This document shows, piece by piece, positions 1-7,674 of a stretch of DNA of 64,000 nucleotides. The stretch comes from an uncultured Prevotella sp. GTDB lineage: Bacteria; Bacteroidota; Bacteroidia; Bacteroidales; Bacteroidaceae. A model generated the notes under the pieces. That model was not told where the DNA came from. It made no database searches and was given only the letters and a program-made list of their open reading frames with translations. The stretch lies in assembly GCA_945830055.1 (NCBI GenBank), contig CALZXH010000002.1:17737-81736 (forward strand), written 5' to 3'. Each line of letters begins with the position of its first letter. Position 1 is the stretch's first letter. A program made the translations under genes and the position numbers.

Positions 1-1
1 C

Positions 2-1918
2 AAGAATCACGCTAAAACGATACGCGGCAGCTCTCAAGTCGTATGCTCCAAGGCGTTCCCTATTCTCCTCGCTGTTCAAGTCAAAACAGCGCACAGCCTC
101 ATTTTTCTGTTCAAACCATCCATGCAGTTGAGCGAAGAACTGGAATCTTCCGTTTGTATCTGAAAACTCGGTTATCACACTCGCAAACTCTTCGTTGCTA
201 AGATTCTGCCATTCCAAAAGTTTCTCGCACAGCAACTGACCTACCGCCTCAGGAGTATGAGCATCTTTCAAGTCATAGGCTGCAGATTTGTCAATATTGT
301 ACAATACCTTATATGCCAGATGCTTTGAGTATTCCTGTCCGTCTGTCAATATTCTCAATGATTCGCACGCCATCATGTCAGAATGAGAATACATCCATGA
401 CAACAAGCGCCCGTCACACAGACTGTGCCATAAATCGTCACTCAGGTTTTCATTACCAAACGACTGCACGATTTCGTTCAATGTGGAGGAAGGATATTGT
501 GGCATGAAAGGCAATTCATCATCCAGTTCATACACACATCTTGCCACGGCCACCTTACCGTCAATTCCACTATCCGGGGAGAAGTATTCCCTCATGCGAG
601 CCACATTACACTGAGAATGGGACTCCACATAAAGCCACAACGAATCATTCGGATTGCGCAAGGTCATCGCATACTCCTCGGAATACTTCATCAATGATAT
701 CACGATACTACGCACATCATCACACAGGTTTCCATGCAGATCCTTATACGGATAGGTAGGCTCCATGGCATATACGGCAGCCAACAATCCCGCCTGCTGA
801 TCCTGTGGGTACCGACTGGTCACAATATCCTTGATCAAGGTACTCAGTTTGGTATTTCCAGAGACCTCCAGCCATTGAGTAATCCTGCCGCTATACAGAT
901 AGCCCCTTGCGATGCTCTCATTCTCCATTAGCATAGGAATGAGTTCATGCACGTTTTCGGCAACGAGGTTTCTATCGGGATCCACCACAAAACTCTTGTA
1001 CTTGAGCCATGGAGAAGAGGTATTCACTTCTGGAGAGCCACCTTCGAACCACTGCTCCACCTCATTATAGGTCCAACGGTATGCAGGATTCACAGAGGTC
1101 AGTCCTAAGATAATCATGCGTACACGTTCTGGCATTTCTTTCAAACCAGGCAACCTACCCTCGCTCTTGCGTTTCATCATATCACGCTCGTTGGTGTTCA
1201 TCGGCTTCTGTCCTAACCAGACAGCCAGCAGAGTCATACCCAGCGAATAGTAATCCACGGCAGGAGTTATCTCCACTTCACCGTCAATCACATCCGTGTA
1301 CATTTCAGGAGCGGCATAAATAGGAGTGCGCGCTTGACTGGTTTTAAGTGTCTGTTTATCCGATTTAAACAACGATGAGATACCGAAATCCGCCATCACG
1401 ATTTCCGTACATCCTTCGTCTCTGAAAAAAAGGTTACCAGGCTTTATATCCTTATGAATCACCATATTATTATGGCAGCAAGCCACGGCAGCAGCAGCTT
1501 GTAAAGCAATTCTCCTGAACTGTTTTTCATCGCCATTCACGCAGTAGTCGCTCAAGGTGCCTCCTTTGAGGTACTCCATCAACTCATAATCTCTGGATTT
1601 GCCGTCCAGATAGACCTTACCATAATCGTAAAGTCTGACAATCATTTCAAAATTGATGTTAGCGATTACCTTCAACAATGGTTTCTTGACATTGAATGTA
1701 GGATAATATACTTTCAACACATACTCGGTTCCGTCTTTCTTGACCAAGAAAACCTGCGCCTCTCCTGAATTGTCACTGAGGCACCTTATCACCTCATACT
1801 CCTTGTCCCTAATAGAGATAGTTTCAGATGATTGTACAGTTTTCGGCTCCACATCCGACACTACATAGTCAGGTGCAGAGTACTGTGTTGTCGTGCTGTT
1901 TCTAAGTGTCTTATCCAT
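2..1918 (-). CDS. Hanks-type serine/threonine protein kinase with long C-terminal extension (3' end outside window)
   Basis: Not in the ORF track. Manual translation from ATG at 1918 gives 639 codons with no stop to the window edge. Motifs: YVLKVY (beta3 Lys), HKDIKPGN catalytic loop, DFG, TPIYAAPE, DYYSLG. Start overlaps the upstream stop (ATGGATAA). Confidence 0.93.
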   Translation of the reverse strand, partial: MDKTLRNSTTTQYSAPDYVVSDVEPKTVQSSETISIRDKEYEVIRCLSDNSGEAQVFLVKKDGTEYVLKVYYPTFNVKKPLLKVIANINFEMIVRLYDYGKVYLDGKSRDYELMEYLKGGTLSDYCVNGDEKQFRRIALQAAAAVACCHNNMVIHKDIKPGNLFFRDEGCTEIVMADFGISSLFKSDKQTLKTSQARTPIYAAPEMYTDVIDGEVEITPAVDYYSLGMTLLAVWLGQKPMNTNERDMMKRKSEGRLPGLKEMPERVRMIILGLTSVNPAYRWTYNEVEQWFEGGSPEVNTSSPWLKYKSFVVDPDRNLVAENVHELIPMLMENESIARGYLYSGRITQWLEVSGNTKLSTLIKDIVTSRYPQDQQAGLLAAVYAMEPTYPYKDLHGNLCDDVRSIVISLMKYSEEYAMTLRNPNDSLWLYVESHSQCNVARMREYFSPDSGIDGKVAVARCVYELDDELPFMPQYPSSTLNEIVQSFGNENLSDDLWHSLCDGRLLSWMYSHSDMMACESLRILTDGQEYSKHLAYKVLYNIDKSAAYDLKDAHTPEAVGQLLCEKLLEWQNLSNEEFASVITEFSDTNGRFQFFAQLHGWFEQKNEAVRCFDLNSEENRERLGAYDLRAAAYRFSVIL

Positions 1919-2840
1919 TTTGCACTTCGTCGTCTTTGATTTGATCTAAGTTTGCTTTACCCAATATCACCCATTTGCCGCCTAAGTGGGGTTTAGCACA
2001 TCCGCAAGGACTGCTGTGCATAGCGTGCTTGTAGTTGCACACCCATGCCAGTCTGATACCCTTGGGTTTGCTTGCCATGGCATAGTTTCTGGCTATCGCA
2101 GGCGAAGGTGTAGGTGTAACAGCAAATTTGTCGAGCATAGCAGTCAGCAGGTCCATTTTTTCTGCTTTTTTACGAGTCAGTTCCTCAGCGGTCATGCGCT
2201 CAGTACCCCCGGCCTTCATCTCGTTGTTTGCCCCGTCTTTCTTCAGCAGTTCAAACACACGCACCCTCAACTGCTGGTTAATATCTTCGCGTTGTTTGTC
2301 AGCAGCAGAATTGTACGGCAGACATTTGTCCAGTTGGTTCAACTGGTCGCTTACAGCCATCAACTCCAGGTACTCCGGTGTAGCTTTCAAAGAAGCCATC
2401 AACTGCTTTGCTTCTTCTGTGATGGCAGAACCACATTGTTTGCAGAAGGCAAATTCGTTGATAGTATGACAGACAGGACATTCTATTCCCCCACGAGGGT
2501 TACCACATTCAGGACAAAAGGCATCCTCACTGCTCAGCATGCCACCACAAAAAGAGCACACATTCTTGTTGATATACCGGTGACATGTCTCACAGAAGTC
2601 TTCACCCGGCATGATAAGGGCACCGCAATACGGGCATCTGCTTGGACCGCTCGCAGCCTGCATTTCTTGTGCAGCCGAGTATTTAAGTACTTTCTCTGCA
2701 TTGTCGTTATGAGCATCAAAAAGTTCTCTCTGTAGATGATTGTTCTGCAGTTGCTGAGCTTCGTTTATAGCCGGCTTTGTAGAATCCATTTCTCCACCGG
2801 TACCAAAATGATCGCTTCGAATTGTCTTGTCATTCATCAT
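1911..2840 (-). CDS. Zinc-ribbon protein (three double zinc ribbons, helical middle, C-terminal Cys/His cluster)
   Basis: Six CxxC pairs: CPYC/CETC, CSFC/CPEC, CPVC/CKQC. C-terminal WVCNYKHAMHSSPCGCAKPH. ATG at 2840 preferred over the track's TTG at 2858. Confidence 0.85.
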   Translation of the reverse strand: MMNDKTIRSDHFGTGGEMDSTKPAINEAQQLQNNHLQRELFDAHNDNAEKVLKYSAAQEMQAASGPSRCPYCGALIMPGEDFCETCHRYINKNVCSFCGGMLSSEDAFCPECGNPRGGIECPVCHTINEFAFCKQCGSAITEEAKQLMASLKATPEYLELMAVSDQLNQLDKCLPYNSAADKQREDINQQLRVRVFELLKKDGANNEMKAGGTERMTAEELTRKKAEKMDLLTAMLDKFAVTPTPSPAIARNYAMASKPKGIRLAWVCNYKHAMHSSPCGCAKPHLGGKWVILGKANLDQIKDDEVQNG

Positions 2841-2844
2841 AATG

Positions 2845-2970
2845 TTAGCATGTTTCAATTACACCGTCTAAGTCACTCTGTATAATGGCACCAATGCCAG
2901 CCCAAAGGTAACTGATTGCAGACCAGACGTCTTCGTCGTCACCATTTTTTGCTTGGGCGAATGACCTCAT
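2845..2970 (-). CDS. Putative 41-aa small protein MRSFAQAKNGDDEDVWSAISYLWAGIGAIIQSDLDGVIETC
   Basis: First ATG after the promoter, preceded by an AT-rich initiation region (AAGAAATTTATT ATG). Its stop lies 4 nt before the next gene's ATG. Confidence 0.55.
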   Translation of the reverse strand: MRSFAQAKNGDDEDVWSAISYLWAGIGAIIQSDLDGVIETC

Positions 2971-2997
2971 AATAAATTTCTTATAATCAAACTATTG

Positions 2998-3031
2998 CAA
3001 AGATAAGAAAAAAAATATATAAAGAAGCAAA
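2998..3031 (-). promoter_or_regulatory. Bacteroidetes sigma-A promoter for the sORF/zinc-ribbon/kinase operon
   Basis: TATCTTTG (-7 consensus TAnnTTTG) with TTTG 22 nt upstream on the minus strand. Confidence 0.7.
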
Positions 3032-3039
3032 AGAAAGGT

Positions 3040-5001
3040 CTAAATTATGAGATTATCCAGTTCTGCACTCAATTTTTCCCATTTTTCCAGTTCTGTATCC
3101 ATTTTTTTCTGGAGTTGGGTATATTGTTCTACCAAAGTCATATTGGACGCATTCTCGACATCTTGAAGTTTCAAGTCAAGATTTTCCAGTTCTTTTTCCA
3201 GCTCAGATATAAGATTTTCACTTTCTTTTACCGCCTTTTCGAGTCTGCTACGTTTCTTTTGCAGTTCCTTTCTTTCCGAATAAGACAAAGCATCCAGCTG
3301 CTTGGCAGCCGAGGCAAGAGCCGGCTGGTTTGTTCCACCTCCGATCTTAGCTTCACCATTTTGCGCTTTCAGACTGTTATTCTGCGTGTTTTGCGCCAAA
3401 TTGTGCTCGTTGATATAGTTGTAGATTCCTCCAATATACTCGCGCACCTTTCCTCCAGAAAACTCATACACCTTGTCCACCAGACCATCCAGGAACTCCC
3501 TGTCATGGCTCACTATGATGGCTGTTCCGTCAAAGGCTCTGATTGCCTCTTTCAGCACATCTTTGGAAGCCATGTCAAGATGATTTGTCGGCTCATCCAT
3601 AATCAGCAGGTTTACAGGTTGCATGAGCAGTCGGATCATCGCCAGCCTGCTTCGTTCTCCGCCGCTGAGGAACTTGACTTTTTTCTCCGAGGCCTCTCCT
3701 CCAAACATGAACGCACCTAAAATATCATTGATTTTCAGACGGATTTCACCTTTAGCTACCCGGTCTATCGTTTCGTAAACGGTGAGTTCTTCGTTGAGAC
3801 ACTGGGCTTCATTCTGGGCAAAATAGCCGATGGTCACCTGATGGGCTATTTTCAGCACTCCATCAAAGGGAATCTCTCCCATAATGCACTTTATCAAAGT
3901 GGATTTTCCAGCTCCGTTCTTGCCCACACAAGCCACCTTCTCACCACGTTTGATACTCATATTCACGCGGTCAAGAACAGTATGCGTACCATACGACTTA
4001 CAAACATCCTCGCAAATAACCGGATAATCGCCGCTTCTCACGCAAGGCGGAAAGCTCAAGTGCATGGCAGAAACATCCACCTCGTCTATCTCAATGGGAA
4101 CAATCTTTTCCAGTTGCTTGATGCGGCTCTGTACCTGGACAGCCTTCGTGGGCTTGTACCTGAAACGCTCGATGAAATCCTTGATGTCTGCGATCTCTTT
4201 CTGTTGGTTCTCATAAGCACGCAGCTGCTGTTCACGGCGTTGTGCCCTTAACATCACATACTCATCATATTTCACCTTGTAGTCAATCACTTTCTTGCAG
4301 GATATTTCGAGCGTTCTGTTGCATACCTGATTGATGAAAGCCCTGTCATGGCTAACCAGCACCACAGCACTTCCAGACTGTTTCAGGAAGTTCTCCAACC
4401 ACTGGATACTCTCGATATCCAAATGGTTTGTAGGCTCGTCAAGCAACAGCACGTCAGGACGCTGCAACAGTATCTTTGCCAACTCAATACGCATCCTCCA
4501 TCCGCCGCTAAACTCTTTGGTCTGCCTGTCCAGATCAGTTCTTTCAAAACCCAATCCGCAAAGAGTCCGCTCTATTTCCGCTTCATAATTATCGGCACCA
4601 AGCATCATGTAGCGCTCATGTGTGGTGGTGAACTCTTTCACCAGGCCCATATACTCATCGGATTCATAGTCGGTACGCGCCTGCATTTGAAGGTTCAGCC
4701 GTTCCATTTTCTCTTTCACCTGCAAGATATGCTGAAATGCCTTTTTGGTTTCATCACGTACTGTCGTATCGTCAGACAATATCATTACCTGCGGCAAATA
4801 GCCGATAGTCTCTCCCGAGGACACAGACACTGTGCCGGATGTAGGCTTCATCTGACCGCACAATATTTTCAACATGGTTGATTTGCCAGCACCATTCTTG
4901 CCCACCAAGGCAATTCTGTCAGAAGCATTGATTACAAAGCTGACATCTGTAAACAAGGGCGTGGCGCTGAACTCAACACACAGGTTTTCTACTGATACCA
5001 T
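3040..5001 (-). CDS. ABC-F family ATP-binding protein
   Basis: Two ABC domains (GKNGAGKST twice; FSGGW and LSGGE; LLLDEPTNHLD), inter-domain linker, C-terminal coiled coil, no TM segments. Confidence 0.93.
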   Translation of the reverse strand: MVSVENLCVEFSATPLFTDVSFVINASDRIALVGKNGAGKSTMLKILCGQMKPTSGTVSVSSGETIGYLPQVMILSDDTTVRDETKKAFQHILQVKEKMERLNLQMQARTDYESDEYMGLVKEFTTTHERYMMLGADNYEAEIERTLCGLGFERTDLDRQTKEFSGGWRMRIELAKILLQRPDVLLLDEPTNHLDIESIQWLENFLKQSGSAVVLVSHDRAFINQVCNRTLEISCKKVIDYKVKYDEYVMLRAQRREQQLRAYENQQKEIADIKDFIERFRYKPTKAVQVQSRIKQLEKIVPIEIDEVDVSAMHLSFPPCVRSGDYPVICEDVCKSYGTHTVLDRVNMSIKRGEKVACVGKNGAGKSTLIKCIMGEIPFDGVLKIAHQVTIGYFAQNEAQCLNEELTVYETIDRVAKGEIRLKINDILGAFMFGGEASEKKVKFLSGGERSRLAMIRLLMQPVNLLIMDEPTNHLDMASKDVLKEAIRAFDGTAIIVSHDREFLDGLVDKVYEFSGGKVREYIGGIYNYINEHNLAQNTQNNSLKAQNGEAKIGGGTNQPALASAAKQLDALSYSERKELQKKRSRLEKAVKESENLISELEKELENLDLKLQDVENASNMTLVEQYTQLQKKMDTELEKWEKLSAELDNLII

Positions 5002-5046
5002 TATTCTTTAGCTAAAGTTAAACGTGGGCAAATGCCCTTTGGGGTG

Positions 5047-5964
5047 TCATCTCGTTCCGATGTACAGGCACAGCATTCCCAGCAATACAAGAATCAGATC
5101 GAGCAATTTTGACTTCAGATTCTTTTCCCTGAAAACAGCCGCTCCAAATAGGAAACTGACTACCACACTCCCCCTTCTTATCATGGAAACAATGCTGATC
5201 ATCGCTCCAGGAAGACTGAGAGAGTAAAAATACACAAAATCGGCTACACTCAAGAACACGCTTACTCCGATAATGCTCCAATGCCATGTAAAGGGAGTGG
5301 TGTGTTTTCTGCCTGGCCACCACAACAGCATCAAGACAGCCGCCATCATGAAACACTGGTAGATGTTGTACCAACTTTGTACAAACATCCTGTTCAGACC
5401 CACACCGCCATTTTCAGGAGGAGCCATCAGATACTTGTCATACAAGCCACTCAGGGCACCCAACAAGGCGGCCCCGACAATCATCCATATCCAACTGTTG
5501 TGCTTGAAGTCAATCCCCTCCTTCTTTCCGCTTCGGCTGAGCATGAAGAACGAAAGGACAGCCAAAAACACACCAGCCCACTGCCACAGGTTAAGACGCT
5601 CCCCGAATACCAAGAATGCACCGACAAGCACCATTACAGGTCTTGTGGCATTGATAGGCCCAACGATGGTAAGAGGCAGATGTTTCATGCCAAAATAGCC
5701 TAATATCCAACTGCTCAAAACAATACAGCTTTTACCCACGACATAAAGATGTTCATGGAATCCACCATTTTCGATATCAAAAGGAGAAGCCGTAAGAACG
5801 TCCGTACTGGCACCAAGCAGTATGAAAGGCAAGAACAGCAGAGAAGAGAACAGCGTATTAAGGAACAGGATAGGAATGACGGCATTATTCCTCAGGCATT
5901 GTTTCTTGAAAACATCATAGAAACCTAATAATACGGCAGATAAAAAAGCCCAAATCAGCCACAT
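5047..5964 (-). CDS. DMT/EamA family transporter
   Basis: 305 aa, about 10 hydrophobic helices in two repeats (FGERL / FREKNL). Confidence 0.85.
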   Translation of the reverse strand: MWLIWAFLSAVLLGFYDVFKKQCLRNNAVIPILFLNTLFSSLLFLPFILLGASTDVLTASPFDIENGGFHEHLYVVGKSCIVLSSWILGYFGMKHLPLTIVGPINATRPVMVLVGAFLVFGERLNLWQWAGVFLAVLSFFMLSRSGKKEGIDFKHNSWIWMIVGAALLGALSGLYDKYLMAPPENGGVGLNRMFVQSWYNIYQCFMMAAVLMLLWWPGRKHTTPFTWHWSIIGVSVFLSVADFVYFYSLSLPGAMISIVSMIRRGSVVVSFLFGAAVFREKNLKSKLLDLILVLLGMLCLYIGTR

Positions 5965-5971
5965 AAGTCAT

Positions 5972-6718
5972 TTACTCCAATAAACTATTATATTCCACAG
6001 ATTCCAAAAAAAGGGCATTAGCCGGCATCGACTCACCAGCACCAGTCCTGCGCCCCTCTTCCACCACTTTTTCGAACTGAGTCAGCGACATGCGATGACG
6101 TCCTACCTCTACAAGAGTTCCCACCACAGCCCTGACCATATTGCGCAGGAACCGGTTTGCCTCAATTTCAAAGTACCAGGCATCAGGTTCATAATTCACC
6201 CAATGAGCCTGTATCACAGCACAGATGGTAGTCTTCACATCCGAATGGCTTTTACAAAATGCACCAAAATCAGCATACTCTTTCAGCTTTGCAGCTGCTA
6301 CATTCATCAGTTCGTAATCCAAATCGAAATGCAACTCACACGAGTATTTTTTCCTGAATGGATTCTTTTTCGTATGGACAAAATAGCGGTACCTTCTGCT
6401 TGTGGCACTAAAACGCGCATGCATTTCCTCACTGACCGGCTTTACATGCTGAACCGAAATATCATAGGGCAGGAAGCTATTGAGTTTGTACACGAGCTGT
6501 CCTGTATCCTGTATCTCTCCGTTCACGTCGATATGAGCCACCATCTTCCGGGCATGCACCCCGGCATCAGTTCGTCCAGCGCCCACCACTACAATCTCTT
6601 GGCGCAACAATGTGGAAAGCGCATCCTGCAACACCTGTTGCACAGTGATGCCATCGGGCTGTATCTGCCAGCCATGGTAGCGCGTACCGTCATAACTCAA
6701 TGTTATAAAATATCTCAT
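5972..6718 (-). CDS. truA: tRNA pseudouridine(38-40) synthase
   Basis: MRYFITLSYDGTRYHGWQ, GAGRTDAGVHA, FLRNMVR. Start moved to ATG 6718. Confidence 0.96.
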   Translation of the reverse strand: MRYFITLSYDGTRYHGWQIQPDGITVQQVLQDALSTLLRQEIVVVGAGRTDAGVHARKMVAHIDVNGEIQDTGQLVYKLNSFLPYDISVQHVKPVSEEMHARFSATSRRYRYFVHTKKNPFRKKYSCELHFDLDYELMNVAAAKLKEYADFGAFCKSHSDVKTTICAVIQAHWVNYEPDAWYFEIEANRFLRNMVRAVVGTLVEVGRHRMSLTQFEKVVEEGRRTGAGESMPANALFLESVEYNSLLE

Positions 6719-6898
6719 TGGCCCACATCCTATCGTCAGAAAATAATACCATTCTACCCCCACCGTTCCTTTCTACTACAGCAACGAGATTCTCTATGCC
6801 TTCCTCATTCACAAAAAACATGCCAAGCAAAGAGGCTCAGCATGTATTTGTAAATAAAACAAATCGCTTTCTACAGCAACGCTCTACAAAGCCATCAG

Positions 6899-7627
6899 TT
6901 ATTCTGCTGATTTCATATTAGTATAAACCGTCTGGACATCATCAAAGTCTTCCAGTCGTTCTACCATCTTATCGATTGTTTCCCTCTGTTCCTCGTTCAC
7001 CTCTTTCAGGTCGTTGGGGATGCGTGTAAATTCGGCACCAGTTACTTCAAAGCCCTGGCTTTCAAGATGCTTCTGGATTTCTCCGAAACTCTTCGGGTCA
7101 CCATAGATAGTGATTTCTGATGTTTCCTCGTCCTCATCATACTCGTCTTCCACGCCATAGTCTATCAGGTCCAGGATCATCTCATCCATGTCAAGGCCCT
7201 CCTTTTTCTTGAAGGTGAATACGCTTTTGTGGTCAAAAAGGAACGAAAGACTACCCTGTGTACCCAGGTTACCGTTGAACTTATTGAATACAGAGCGCAC
7301 GTCACCCACCGTACGGGTGGTATTGTCGGTAAGGGTTTCCACAAAAACTGCCACACCATGAGGACCGTAGCCTTCATAGGTTACTTCCTTATAGTCGCTC
7401 TGGTCCTTGCCCATAGCGTTTTTGATGGCACGCTCGATATTGTCTTTCGGCATATTCTCGCGCTTGGCATTGGCAATAATAGCGCGCAATGTGGGATTGT
7501 TCTCGGGTTCAGGTCCTCCTGCCTTCACTGCTATTGCAATCTGTTTACCAATCTTCGTGAAAGTACGGGCCATGTGTCCCCATCTCTTCAATTTTGCCGC
7601 TTTGCGATATTCAAATGCTCTTCCCAT
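6899..7627 (-). CDS. yebC: YebC/PmpR family protein
   Basis: MGRAFEYRK, NMPKDNIERAI, YEGYGPHGVA, DVQTVYTN. Confidence 0.94.
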   Translation of the reverse strand: MGRAFEYRKAAKLKRWGHMARTFTKIGKQIAIAVKAGGPEPENNPTLRAIIANAKRENMPKDNIERAIKNAMGKDQSDYKEVTYEGYGPHGVAVFVETLTDNTTRTVGDVRSVFNKFNGNLGTQGSLSFLFDHKSVFTFKKKEGLDMDEMILDLIDYGVEDEYDEDEETSEITIYGDPKSFGEIQKHLESQGFEVTGAEFTRIPNDLKEVNEEQRETIDKMVERLEDFDDVQTVYTNMKSAE

Positions 7628-7674
7628 AATTGTAAAATATTCTTATGTTATAAAACTTCGTTGCAAATACACCT

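Noticed and set aside
313-931. Four short plus-strand ORFs in the track
   Set aside because: They are shadows of the minus-strand kinase CDS and show no motifs or start context.
1986-2735. 249-aa plus-strand ORF
   Set aside because: It is antisense to the zinc-ribbon gene and has no protein-like features.
6776-6881. CTACAGCAACG repeated twice between truA and yebC
   Set aside because: Only 11 bp in two copies, with no structure or array.
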